A stretch of 63,940 bases of DNA, counting the filler, from Octopus bimaculoides (Eukaryota), in the NCBI RefSeq assembly GCF_001194135.2. It is 8 parts of 7 records of this genome, joined end to end, with 100 filler letters (N's around TTAATTAATTAA, not from the genome) between each part and the next. Parts side by side here need not be neighbours in the genome. Positions count along the whole stretch, not along the records: positions 1 to 8,826 come from NC_068984.1; positions 8,927 to 20,076 come from NC_068984.1; 6 more parts are not named here. One strand, 5' to 3'. Below the pieces are notes generated by a model. The model was given only the letters and a program-made list of their open reading frames with translations, did no database searches and had not been told where the DNA came from. Shown here in pieces: positions 1 through 12,439 of this stretch. Numbering within the stretch: position 1 is the first letter of the stretch; each line of letters starts with the position of its first letter. The translations under genes were made by a program, and so were the position numbers.

Positions 1-137
1 TATATATACATATAGATACATGTGCGTATGTAAATATATATTCATATATATATACATATGCATATACATATGCATATATATATGCATATATAGAGATATA
101 GATATTTGCATATATATAAATATATATATATATATAC

Positions 138-500
138 CTTTTACTTGTTTCAGTCATTAGACTGCGACTATGATGGCACACCACCTTGAGACATTCCAGT
201 ACTTTTATTTCTAAAGCTTCCAAGTACTTATCCCATGTTTCTCTTTTCGGAAACTCTACGTTACGGGGACGTAAACTTACCAACACCGGTTTCCAAACTG
301 TGGTTGTGGAACAGAAACAGATGCAAAGATACACTCACAAACACATATCTATGTGTATATCCGACGGGCTTCTTTCAATTTCCGTCTACCAAATCCACTC
401 ATAGGGCTTTGCTCGGCGGGAGGCTACAGTAGAAGACATTTGCCCAAGGTGGCGAGATTGGACCCAAGACCATCTGATTGGGAAACAAGCTTCTTCTACA
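138..500 (-). mobile_element. Composite tRNA-derived SINE (family B: ccttgggcaagtgtcttctactatagcc body plus gactgaaacaagtaaaag tail)
   Basis: Similar copies at 12130-12270, 33190-33320, 48090-48260 and 51790-52140; 3' tail also at about 41490-41545. Confidence 0.7.
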
Positions 501-654
501 TTTTACAATTACGTATTAGAAGCAGATCGGTAATTATAACATTAGCAACATCACATACTGAATATACATGCTTATACTGGACTTCGTATATTTTACCCCA
601 GTGTCACATTTGATGGCATTCACTGCTCTCTAACTCAATAATAATATTAATAAT

Positions 655-810
655 CCTTTCTGCGATAGACACAGGGCCTTAAATTTGTGAGGAGGGGCAT
701 TGTTGATTACATCGATTCCAGAGTTTCACAGGTATTTAATTTATCGACCCTGAAATGATGAAAGGCTAAGTCGACCTCGGCGGAATCTGATTTCAAAACG
801 TAACGACAGT
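655..810 (-). mobile_element. SINE family A (ttctgagttcaaattcc...gtcgactttgcctttcatcc)
   Basis: Reverse complement of the repeat seen more than 12 times in the window. Confidence 0.7.
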
Positions 811-834
811 CGAAATATCGCTATGCATTCCCTC

Positions 835-1235
835 CAGTGTGCTAACGATTCTGCCAGCTCGCCGCCTTAATAATAACAATAATAATAACGATGTACCAAA
901 ACCAACAGATGACAATATTTCTCTAAAAGAAACGGAGAAACTTTCAAAATACAAAGATCTGGAAACAGAGCTAACAGAAATAATACCTATTATAGTAGGC
1001 GCGTTTGCTATGATAAAAAAATATTCAGACAAATACATAACAAAAACACCAGGACTTACAAGTATATATAACACAGAGAAAATAGTACTAATACGCAACA
1101 CACACATCCTACGTAAAGCACTTTCAATACAGAGAAAATAGGAGCATCACAACAAACCACCGTACCTAACCATAGCACACAGAGCTGCCCTCGGTAGTGC
1201 AGTGAAATCACGTGATAAAATGTGACTACTGTATG

Positions 1236-1302
<67 letters not shown>
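835..1302 (+). mobile_element. R4/Dong-like non-LTR retrotransposon 3' end (restriction-like endonuclease C-terminus, 3' UTR, (TAA)n tail)
   Basis: ORF 839-1141 KETEKLSKYKDLE...IIPIIVGA...HILRKALS resembles the RLE-domain end; followed by a long TAA tail. Confidence 0.7.
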
Positions 1303-1303
<1 letters not shown>

Positions 1304-1470
1304 TGAACTACTGGGCACTGCACACATCCTACGCAAAACACTTTCAACACAGTAACCATAACAGCATCACAACAAACCACACCACATACCCAAGGCACAC
1401 AGAGCTGTGCTCGGTAGTGCAGTGAAAGCACGTGATAAAAATAAAACTACTGAATAATAATAATAATAAC
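1303..1470 (+). mobile_element. Second, shorter R4/Dong-like 3' end in tandem
   Basis: Repeats cacacatcctacg...cacagagctg...ctcggtagtgcagtgaaa...cacgtgataaaa from 1100-1220, again ending in TAA repeats. Confidence 0.65.
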
Positions 1471-1475
1471 AATAC

Positions 1476-1810
1476 ATGGCTCAGTGGTTAGAGCGTCGAG
1501 CTTACAACGTGAGGTTGTGAGTTCGAATCCGGGACTGGGCTGCGTGCTGTGTTCTTGAGCAAGACACTTTATTTCACGTTGTTCCAGTTCACTCAGCTGT
1601 AGAAATGAGTTGTGACATCACTGATGCCAAGCTGTATCGGCCCCTTTGCTTTTCCCTTGGATAACATCAGTGATGTGGAGAAGGGAAACTGGTATGTATG
1701 GGGGACTGCTGGTCTTCCATAAACAACCTTGCCCGTACTTGTGCCTGCGAGGGTAACTTTCTAGGTGCAATCCCATGGTCATTCATGGCCGAAGTGGGGT
1801 CTCAGCAATG
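1476..1810 (+). mobile_element. tRNA-derived SINE (family D)
   Basis: Pol III box A (tggctcagtgg) and box B (gttcgaatcc) head plus body; homologous inverted copy at 35700-35965. Confidence 0.75.
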
Positions 1811-1842
<32 letters not shown>

Positions 1843-3244
1843 TCGGCCATGGAAAATGGGAACAGATTCAGAAGGCATCAAGAGGAATATAAAGGAAATC
1901 GGAATAGAGTGTCCAGTGACAAAAGGGAGAAGAGGAAGAAACAAAGAGAAGGGTTTGAATGGAAAAGTAATGGAACAGGTTAAAGTAAAAATAGAATAGA
2001 AAACTATAGTTTTTATTAAAGATTAATACATATGTATGTGTGTGTCTGCGTGCGTGTGCCCGTATATGTATGTATGTATATATGTATAAACGCGGAGTAG
2101 ATAGAACAGGGACAACTGATGAAGGGAAATATACTTTATGTTGCATGTCTCGTTTCTCTGTTTGATTCTTTGTTCGAAAAAAAGTTCGTTTTCTGTTTTC
2201 GTCTTTATGTTTTCGTTTCTCATTGTGTTTAAGTTTTTTTTTTTTTTTTTGTGATGTCCTGTACCCAGATATGCATGTATGTATACATATAGATGTAGGT
2301 ATGTACATATATGTATGGATATATGCATATATTTATATATCATTTATGTTATTATAAACGTACACACAGCTATCCTTTGAGTCTTCCGAGCCCACTAAAC
2401 TATTTTAAAAACAGACTTCGTTCAAAATGCATGAAGGGCAATATTATACTATTAGAGAAGTCTTAACCTAGAACATTAGTCGAATTTCTGCACAAAATTA
2501 TTTTAATTAAAATTTAAATGTTACTGTTTAATTGGCTTTTCTATTACATCTATGTCTTTATTCATTCGACATACATACATACATACATACATACATACAT
2601 AATATGTGTATGTGTGTGTTGTTTTGTGTTTGCTTCTTAGCTCGCCACTCCCTCTATAAAGGCGGGATAGGTTTCCATTTTGCCTTAGAAACTTTTATCT
2701 TTGATCAACTTTTTTTAATCGCCTTTTCTCCTCTATAAATACATTAATCTGTTTAACAGCGCAGCGGTTAACCTCTGGTGATTGTAAAAAGTGCTGCTAA
2801 GCAAATTACAGTAGAATTTGATGAGAAATCAAAGAAACAATTTGCTCCGTTCCTATCGCAAATTATGGGGTCACCCTCTGACTTGGAAAGCTATAATGAA
2901 AGACAATATTGAGAGGGAAATTACAAAGGGAAAGAAATGACATTCTAGAACATTCTCTATTGAGGCTGCTGATGTCGTCGTTCTCGTTTTAGTTGTTGTT
3001 CCTGAAGTTGACAGTTGTTTTGTTGCTGATGGTGGCAGCGGTTGGAGCGTTGGCACTAATGGTTGTAATAGCTTTAATTTTCTTTTGTCTTTTTTTTTTT
3101 TTGGTTTCTTGTTATATGAATATGACTAATATGACCCTAACTAAATAGTCGAAGCATGAGCCAGGAGAAGGCGAAGAAAGTGGTTTACACTAAATGGTCA
3201 AATATGACATACGAAATAAAGTAACGAGAAAGACAGTAAGGAAA

Positions 3245-3247
3245 AGA

Positions 3248-3284
<37 letters not shown>

Positions 3285-3309
3285 TACATAGATAGATAGA
3301 CAGACAGGC

Positions 3310-3384
<75 letters not shown>

Positions 3385-3533
3385 TAGAGAGACATATAGA
3401 TAGATAGATAGATAGATAGACAGACAGACATACAGACAGACAGACAGACAGACAGATAGAGAGACAGATAGAGAGACAGATAGATAGAGAGACAGATAGA
3501 TAGATATATAGACAGACAGACAGTCAGACAGAC

Positions 3534-3607
<74 letters not shown>
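3245..3607. repeat. Compound (AGAT)n/(AG)n/(ACAG)n microsatellite
   Basis: Directly visible; explains ORFs 3190-3672 and 3198-3431. Confidence 0.95.
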
Positions 3608-4269
3608 TAAGGGGTGGGAAGTGAGAGTATGACGAAGAGAGAACGGAACAGTGGAAGGAAAATCAAAAACAAAAATGGAAAATGGAGGAGAGAACGGGTG
3701 AAGAAGTTAATGATGAAATGAAATGTAATTAAACTTTACTGCAATTTGCTCTCTTTAATCCCTTCATACTCTCTCTCTCCCCTTCCCTTCATTCCAATCT
3801 TCTCTCCCTCTCTCTCTCTTTCTCTCCACCTCTCTCGCTTCCTCTCTTTCTTTGTCTCTGTTGGTATGTGGATTAATTTTCTCTTCTGACTTCACACAAC
3901 TTACAGATAATGTCAGTCTTCCATTGTAATAGAAACAACGCCGATCCTAAACTTGTTGTAGAAGAGGAAACATAAAGCGCTATTTCAGAGTGATGTAGGT
4001 GGCGCTGGTGGGGAGAGGGAGGAGGTGAGATATTCGTGTCATTCGCCGTACAGCCAGCCAGCCAGACAGCCAGACAGCCAGCCACTGATTCCACGTCTCT
4101 GCACAGTTTACAAGTATTGCATATTACATTTATGGCTCGATTTACCAAACAGATAAGGCAATGACAAACGTATCGGTTTGTATCATCTTGGATGACGTTG
4201 ATTGCTAAACTTATTAACAATTTTAGTACAGTCATTATACAAATATTCCGTCATCACTGAAGCATATAC

Positions 4270-4300
<31 letters not shown>

Positions 4301-4954
4301 TATATATATNNNNNNNNNNNNNNNNNNNNNNNNNNNNNNNNNNNNNNNNNNNNNNNNNNNNNNNNNNNNNNNNNNNNNNNNNNNNNNNNNNNNNNNNNNN
4401 NNNNNNNNNNNNNNNNNNNNNNNNNNNNNNNNNNNNNNNNNNNNNNNNNNNNNNNNNNNNNNNNNNNNNNNNNNNNNNNNNNNNNNNNNNNNNNNNNNNN
4501 NNNNNNNNNNNNNNNNNNNNNNNNNNNNNNNNNNNNNNNNNNNNNNNNNNNNNNNNNNNNNNNNNNNNNNNNNNNNNNNNNNNNNNNNNNNNNNNNNNNN
4601 NNNNNNNNNNNNNNNNNNNNNNNNNNNNNNNNNNNNNNNNNNNNNNNNNNNNNNNNNNNNNNNNNNNNNNNNNNNNNNNNNNNNNNNNNNNNNNNNNNNN
4701 NNNNNNNNNNNNNNNNNNNNNNNNNNNNNNNNNNNNNNNNNNNNNNNNNNNNNNNNNNNNNNNNNNNNNNNNNNNNNNNNNNNNNNNNNNNNNNNNNNNN
4801 NNNNNNNNNNNNNNNNNNNNNNNNNNNNNNNNNNNNNNNNNNNNNNNNNNNNNNNNNNNNNNNNNNNNNNNNNNNNNNNNNNNNNNNNNNNNNNNNNNNN
4901 NNNNNNNNNNNNNNNNNNNNNNNNNNNNNNNNNNNNNNNNNNNNNNNNNNNNNN

Positions 4955-5530
4955 ACCTCGGCGGAATTTGAACTCAGAACGTAAAGACAGACTAAATGCC
5001 GCAAAGCATTTCGCTCGGCAGGCTAACATTTCTTATTTCTTTACTGCCCACAAGGGCCTAAACGTAGTGGGGACAAACAAGGACAAAGGGATTAAGTCGA
5101 TTAGGGATTAAGGGATTAGAATTCAGAACGTAAAGACAGACGAAATACCGCTTAGCATTTCGCCCGGCGTGCTAACGTCTCTAATTTCTTTATTGCCCAC
5201 AAGGGGCTAAACATAGAGGGGACAAATAAGGACAAAGGGATTAAGTCGATTACATCGACTCCCGTGCGTAACTGGTACTTAATTTATCGACCTCCGAATG
5301 GATGAAAGGCAAAGTTTACCTCGGCGGAATTTGAACTCAGAACGTAAAGACAGACTAAATGCCGCAAAGCATTTCGCTCGGCGTGCTAACATTTCTTATT
5401 TCTTTACTGCCCACAAGGTCCTAAACGTAGTGGGGACAAACAAGGACAAAGGGATTAAGTCGATTAGGGATTAAGGGATTAGAATTCAGAACGTAAAGCA
5501 TTTCGCCCGGCGTTCTAACGACTCTACCAT
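4955..5530 (-). mobile_element. Tandem duplicated SINE A array (period about 363 bp)
   Basis: The block starting acctcggcggaatttgaactcagaacg at 4955 recurs nearly identically at 5318. Confidence 0.75.
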
Positions 5531-6001
5531 CTCGCCGCCCTCTTCTGAAGATAGGTATTGACTGAGCACAGTGCATAAACGTGGTTCGCTTTACAGTCAT
5601 ATGGATTCACGCTCAATCTCACTGCTTGGCGGTATCTTTGGCAAATGTTTGCTGTTATAACTATAGAGCGACCAATGCCTTGTCAGTGAATTTGGTAGAT
5701 GGAAGTTCAACATATAACTATAGATGCATACATATATGCTACTATAGATACTTGCGTGCGTGTGTGTGCTTGTGTGTGTGTGTGTGTGTGCTTGTGTGTG
5801 TGTGCGCGCGCGCATATATGGTTGTGATGCATGTGCCTGGTGTACCCTTATCAGACGGGTAGTCATGATGGGTATAATGGGTTTCGTATATTTTACCCCA
5901 GTGTCACTTTGATGGCATGCACTGCTCTCTCACTCAATAATAATATTAATAATATCGAAAAATACCTTAGGAATGAGAACCCAGGTTCAAAATTTCCACA
6001 A

Positions 6002-6047
6002 AACACTTGATGAAGGCTGGAGGGTATATGAGCCGAAACGTTGTGTT
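6002..6047 (+). ncRNA. Minimal type I hammerhead-like motif (C3U core)
   Basis: AACAC-[TTGATGA]-A-GGCT..AGCC-[GAAA]-CG-TT-GTGTT: 5-bp stem I, 4-bp stem II, palindromic ACGT stem III. Confidence 0.6.
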
Positions 6048-6929
6048 AACAACAAACAAGATGAGGACAAATATCTGTCAAATGTAAATAATGTAAATAA
6101 TGTGAATACCAATAGGTTTTAGAAAAAATACATTTAATCCTTTTAGTCGCTTTTACCAATTTGACCGGCCACACGACCTGCATTCCTGCATAATATACAA
6201 CCGTAATTAAGTAGAACCAACTAGAAATATATAATAGAGGTCAACTCACGAACGAACCGATTTCAAGGCAGACTAATGATTCAGTTTTGATCGATTTTAC
6301 TCCCCTTACAACACGAATGCCCTCTTTTTGTGGTAATGGCTTCTCTCTCCTTCCCTGGCAAATTTAAACTACGTGACCTGTACAAGAAACGATAATCAAC
6401 TAATTTGCATGTAAAATAAATATTCATATTGCTGTTTTTTAACACTATGTCAGCGTTGATCAAGCAGTTTTAGGATCAAAATGCATTCCATTCGTGTTTA
6501 TTTTGTCTTTCTTTTTTATTTTTTCAAACACCACATATCTACAATCACTATGTTTAATATTTTTAACAGATCAATTTGTAACTCGAGGAGGATTTCGCTG
6601 CCATTTCTAGCAATTTGATCGGCCACGTAGAAGAACTCGTTACTTTGCGTTTATGTTGTTCTTCGCAGTTGTAAATTTTTCGTAAGTCATCGTTGATGTG
6701 ATTAAAAGGTCTATGATGAAAGGTGTTTCAGTGATGACCACCTCGTCGATGGAAATGCTTTTTCACTCATTATTACATTTCCCAGTTTATTCCACCTATT
6801 TTAAATATAGCTGGGTGTAATTCGAGGGTGAATAAGCTGCTATATCTAATAACTTAGGATGACGGTATAGGAACTTCATCGTTGATTTGGGAGTACTTTG
6901 TACAGTTGTCATTATTTAGTCCCAGGAGG

Positions 6930-7510
6930 GCAACGAGCCGGTAGAAACGTTAGCAAACCGGGCGAAATGCATAACGCTGCGTTCTGAGTTCAAATTCCAC
7001 CGAGATCGACTTTGTCTTTAATCCTTTCGGAGGTCAATAAATTAAATATCAGTTAAGTACAGGGTCGATGTAATCGACTTTCCCCCTCCCCACAAATTCC
7101 AGGTGTTGTGCCTATAGTACAAAGGACTATGTAGTTCCAGGAGGGCGGTAAGCTGGCAGAATCGATAGCAAGCAGGGCGAAATGCTTAGTGGTATTTCGT
7201 CTGCCGCTACGTTCTGAGTTCAAATTCCGTCGAGGTCGACTTTGCTTTTCATCCTTTCGGGGTTGGTGGAATCAACTATACCCCCTTCCCCTAGTGTAGA
7301 AATAATTATTTAGTCCCAGAAAGGCGGCAAGCTGACAGAGTTTTTAGGGCGCAGGGTAAAATGCATAGAAGCATTTCCTCTGTCTTTTACGTTCTGAGTT
7401 CAAATTCCACCAAAGTCAGCATTGCCTTTCATTCTTTGGGAATCGATAAAATAAGTGCCAGTCGACTTCACTCTCTCCAGAAATTGCTCGCCTTGTGCCA
7501 AAATTTGAAA
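6930..7510 (+). mobile_element. Three tandem SINE A copies
   Basis: ttctgagttcaaattcc at about 6982, 7213 and 7392, each followed by a gtc(g)ac/tttgc-type core. Confidence 0.75.
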
Positions 7511-7879
7511 CCGTTCCTCAGAATATCGTCCCACTGGAATCTCCACCCTCTCGTGTCCTTACTGCATGTATTGGCATTAACGGCATCAATCTCACCACTT
7601 TCAGAGAGCCTGGAAAGATTAAAAGGAGTCTTGTCCTTGCGTCCAGACTCATCAAATACACAATTGCAACTAATATAAACAGCAACCACCCGTGAGAATA
7701 TTAACGTAAACATTTTACGCGTGGTAGATAGACATGTTATGGGGCTGATAGTTTATGGAGAAATTTGGTTTTATTATTCTTCGGGAGTAGGTAAGTAATA
7801 CCTCTTGCTAACCAATCAGGATTTTTCGTAGGATCTCGCATAATTTCATTGAATAACTGAACTAAGTTTCCATATGCGC

Positions 7880-8160
7880 ACGGGAGCGATGGAAGTCAGA
7901 AATTTGACACCCTATCATTACTAGGAGATTTCCATTTCTGTGCCTTCGTGAGTGTCATCCTTAGGTCTGCTATTGTGATGTCTTCCCATGCTTCATTCAG
8001 ATAAGTTTTGGTAGGATCCTTCTATGCGTCTAATCCAGTCTGCATTTTCATTTTAAGTCCTTCCATCACTCCAGATATTTTTCCAAACGTTTTCAACGGT
8101 TATTTTCTCCTTCCCAATTTTTCTGTAAAGTGTTTTCGCATTGGATGTTAAGAGCTTTTT
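7880..8160 (-). mobile_element. R4/Dong-like internal fragment (pre-RT region)
   Basis: Minus-strand translation NAKTLYRKIGKEKITVENVWKNIWS...NENADWIRRIE, then decayed sequence resembling the WKSP motif. Confidence 0.5.
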
Positions 8161-8164
8161 ATTA

Positions 8165-8735
8165 TTATTATTATTGAGTGAGAGAGCAGTGTATGTTATC
8201 AAAGTGACACTGGGGTAAAATATACAAAGCCCATTATACCCATCATGACTAACCCTTTGATAAGGGTACACCAGGCATATGTATCACAACCATATGTGCG
8301 CGACATGGTGATCTCATATCAACATAAACAGCGCATTACCTCACAGGTGGGGCCCAGTTAGAATTTTCTTCGGGTCGAGTAGCCCATCCCGCTCAAAAGG
8401 TCCCCGAATAAGGTTTGTTTAAGTATGTTGAGCAAAGCAACCACGTTTCCAAATGTAAATTATTCAAACCCCAAAGAATTCCTCTCAACACGAGGATATG
8501 ATACTCCCCCCCACTACTTCTGCTAGTGATCAGAGATGCACATATCGTCAGCCACCAAGGGATATCCTCAACTGGTTAAGGCCAAGCAAACGACAAGCTA
8601 TTCTGTGGTTTGAGCATAATATTTGCTGTAGCCCATCATTTATACCAAGACAAAATAATGTACATGATAACACTTCCAATCAATTAAGATCGGAAGCCAC
8701 GAGAGCCACTGCCTGGTACTGCATCCGGGCATTTA
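8165..8735. mobile_element. About 570-bp non-coding dispersed repeat embedded in (TTA)n (family E)
   Basis: TTA runs on both sides; inverted fragments at 575-650, 5810-5945 and 28500-28700, each next to AAT repeats. Confidence 0.7.
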
Positions 8736-8753
8736 TTACTATTATTATTATTA

Positions 8754-8826
<73 letters not shown>

Positions 8827-8870
8827 NNNNNNNNNNNNNNNNNNNNNNNNNNNNNNNNNNNNNNNNNNNN

Positions 8871-8882
8871 TTAATTAATTAA
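8871..8882. other. Artificial scaffolding spacer TTAATTAATTAA inside a 100-nt N gap
   Basis: Identical 12-mer centred in N runs near 20121, 29206, 39802, 43617, 54910 and 62800; it gives stops in all six frames. Confidence 0.95.
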
Positions 8883-8962
8883 NNNNNNNNNNNNNNNNNN
8901 NNNNNNNNNNNNNNNNNNNNNNNNNNTATATATGTATATATATATATGTATATATATATATG

Positions 8963-9033
<71 letters not shown>

Positions 9034-10010
9034 ATATATATGTATATATATATATGTAAATTTTGCTGTTTGTAAAACAATGGCCTCACTTTCATGATGG
9101 CGTTTGCTTGCAAAGCTGTCCAAGCTTCTTGACATTTGACATGTTACACAACTTTTGTAAACAAAAGGTTCATTCATAGTGTCATTTGTATCCACCACTC
9201 AGCATAACTCTGATAAGGCTATTTGTTATAACCTGACTTGGGAACCAGTGCAGGTTTGCATCAAGGAGGTCATCAGCCACAGGAAGCTTTGCCTCAATAT
9301 ACTCTCATCTGATTTCTGCAAACATGGAAAAGTAAACTTTAAGATGATGATAATACAATAAATGGATGTCTATCCATTTTATTAATGAATAATCTAATTG
9401 GTCAGTCAAGTGCACTGTCTCTTCATTGAATTAAAGTGCCAGTACATGAGCATTCCACAGACACTAGTAACTTTAATGTAATACTTAGGTGGATTTAGCA
9501 TTACACAGTGTTGTGAGAAGTCTGGATAATCTGATTATCCAGTCAAGCTCCTATAGGTTCCATCTATGCATTTTCCTTCCCAAGACTTGGATCAAACTAA
9601 CGTTATGATAGACACCTAGTCAAAATGTCAAGCAAGAAAGTGAAAAAAGAAAAAAATATGAGGAATGGTAGAAATTATTATATAAACAAGCTTACAAACT
9701 CATGGAAGAAGAGAACTAAGAAGTTACTAATGTCAAGAGGTCTAGCAACATCTAAATAAAAGATATGTCATTAATATCAACAATACATGAAAAATAATCT
9801 TATGCTCTATATAAACTCACTAGTAAACTAAGTTCTAAGCAGTTACAGTGTAAATGTGTGATGCACTATTGCAACAAAAAGTTTGACACATCATGAAATA
9901 GATGTAATATAACTATACCATTCTTGTAACTTTTATATAGCTAAAAGGGGTTTCCCATGCTGTAGTAGTTACTACACACACACACTGATCTATTTTTATA
10001 AAGCTGTCAA

Positions 10011-10043
<33 letters not shown>

Positions 10044-10198
10044 GTATGTATTCATACACAATGTACATATATATGTGTCTGTATACATACTGATACATAA
10101 ATACAAAAATGAAATTATATATATCTATCTATATATATTTTAATGCACACATATGTAAAAATAGAATATATGTATGTATGTATATATATATATATATG

Positions 10199-10247
<49 letters not shown>

Positions 10248-11951
10248 NNNNNNNNNNNNNNNNNNNNNNNNNNNNNNNNNNNNNNNNNNNNNNNNNNNNN
10301 NNNNNNNNNNNNNNNNNNNNNNNNNNNNNNNNNNNNNNNNNNNNNNNNNNNNNNNNNNNNNNNNNNNNNNNNNNNNNNNNNNNNNNNNNNNNNNNNNNNN
10401 NNNNNNNNNNNNNNNNNNNNNNNNNNNNNNNNNNNNNNNNNNNNNNNNNNNNNNNNNNNNNNNNNNNNNNNNNNNNNNNNNNNNNNNNNNNNNNNNNNNN
10501 NNNNNNNNNNNNNNNNNNNNNNNNNNNNNNNNNNNNNNNNNNNNNNNNNNNNNNNNNNNNNNNNNNNNNNNNNNNNNNNNNNNNNNNNNNNNNNNNNNNN
10601 NNNNNNNNNNNNNNNNNNNNNNNNNNNNNNNNNNNNNNNNNNNNNNNNNNNNNNNNNNNNNNNNNNNNNNNNNNNNNNNNNNNNNNNNNNNNNNNNNNNN
10701 NNNNNNNNNNNNNNNNNNNNNNNNNNNNNNNNNNNNNNNNNNNNNNNNNNNNNNNNNNNNNNNNNNNNNNNNNNNNNNNNNNNNNNNNNNNNNNNNNNNN
10801 NNNNNNNNNNNNNNNNNNNNNNNNNNNNNNNNNNNNNNNNNNNNNNNNNNNNNNNNNNNNNNNNNNNNNNNNNNNNNNNNNNNNNNNNNNNNNNNNNNNN
10901 NNNNNNNNNNNNNNNNNNNNNNNNNNNNNNNNNNNNNNNNNNNNNNNNNNNNNNNNNNNNNNNNNNNNNNNNNNNNNNNNNNNNNNNNNNNNNNNNNNNN
11001 NNNNNNNNNNNNNNNNNNNNNNNNNNNNNNNNNNNNNNNNNNNNNNNNNNNNNNNNNNNNNNNNNNNNNNNNNNNNNNNNNNNNNNNNNNNNNNNNNNNN
11101 NNNNNNCTCTCTCTTTATCAGTCTTTATATAGTGTCAATGGAAATGATTTTCGCCACCACCACCTCTAATACTACTACTACTACTACTACTGTTTGTTAC
11201 AATGTTTGTTGTTCGTTTATCATTTTATATTGGAATATAACTAACAAAAAAAGAAGGGATTTCAAATGTTTATTTAAGTACTAATAAAACAGATCAAAAA
11301 CTGTAATCTTGTTCTTGTTTTTCTTTTTCACTCTCTCTCTCTCTCTTTCTCTCTCACTCATACATTACTTACTTTGTTTCATCCTTCTTTCATATTTTTT
11401 AAATTAATAATCACTTTGTTTTAAATGCCTATTGACTTATTCATCTTTGTCCATCTTGTTGTTTAGCCAGAAGCATGGTCAGCTCTATACCACTGAGTCA
11501 AGCTATAATATTAATGATGTTCTCGGGCTGGAAATATATCTTTTTATCATTTAATAGTTTCAATCACTTGACTGTGGCCAGCCATACTGGGGCACAGCCT
11601 TGAAGAGTTCTTGTCAAACAAACCAACCCCAATACTTATTCATTTCAAGTCTGGTATTTATTCTATTGATCTTTTTTGCTGAACCACTAGTTATGGGGAT
11701 GCAAATAAACCAACACTGGTTGTCAAGTACAATGCAGAAGGACACATGTACACCCATGCTGGTGGTACTTTAAAACCACCCATTACACTCTTGGAATGGT
11801 TGGTGGTAGGAAGAGCATCCAGCCATTAAAAACCATGCCAAATCAGACTGGAATTTGGTGCAGCCCTCTGGCTTACCAGTTTCAGTCAAACTGTCTAACC
11901 CATGCTAGCATGGAAAGTAGACGTAAAATGATGATAATGATGATATATATG

Positions 11952-12048
<97 letters not shown>

Positions 12049-12129
12049 CCACATGGACGTCTGGCCCTAAAAAATCTGTCTCAATAAATCCTGTGTGACA
12101 CATGCAAGCATAGAAAAGTGTACATTAAA

Positions 12130-12270
12130 ACAATGATGCTATATATAACACACTTCCACAGTTTCCATCAAGTAAATTCACTCAGAAGGCATTGGTCAGC
12201 CTAGGGTTATAGTAGAAGATATCTACACAAATTGCTGTGCAGTAGGACTGAACCTGAAACCACATGGTTG
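12130..12270 (-). mobile_element. SINE B copy with CpG decay
   Basis: ggtcagcctagggttatagtagaaga versus ggtcggcccgaggctatagtagaaga at about 52027. Confidence 0.6.
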
Positions 12271-12439
12271 CACCCAATCATACTTTCACCTATTTAGCTA
12301 TTTTTTGTTCTTTTCTGTTTGCAGATAGTACATCCTGGACTACATCACCAACTTTGACCTTAAAAGAAAAATTAATTTTTTAAAAAAAGAGACTAGCTTG
12401 GAATTTGAGAGAGACGTGGCTTTGGCTTCTATTTCTAGC

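Noticed and set aside
1476-1545. tRNA gene candidates here and at 58790
   Set aside because: They have A and B boxes but no closed acceptor stem, and they continue into repeat bodies, so they are SINE heads.
7684-7790. Possible + strand exon ending at gtaagt
   Set aside because: The peptide has no resemblance to M1 aminopeptidase or any family I recognise; weak acceptor.
8871-8882. Recurring palindrome TTAATTAATTAA
   Set aside because: Always centred in N runs; an assembler spacer, not biology.
9060-9320. Coding-looking stretch ([11 protein letters not shown] on +; EYIEAKLPVADDLLDANLHW on -)
   Set aside because: Stops in every frame and no consistent splice pair or recognisable family.
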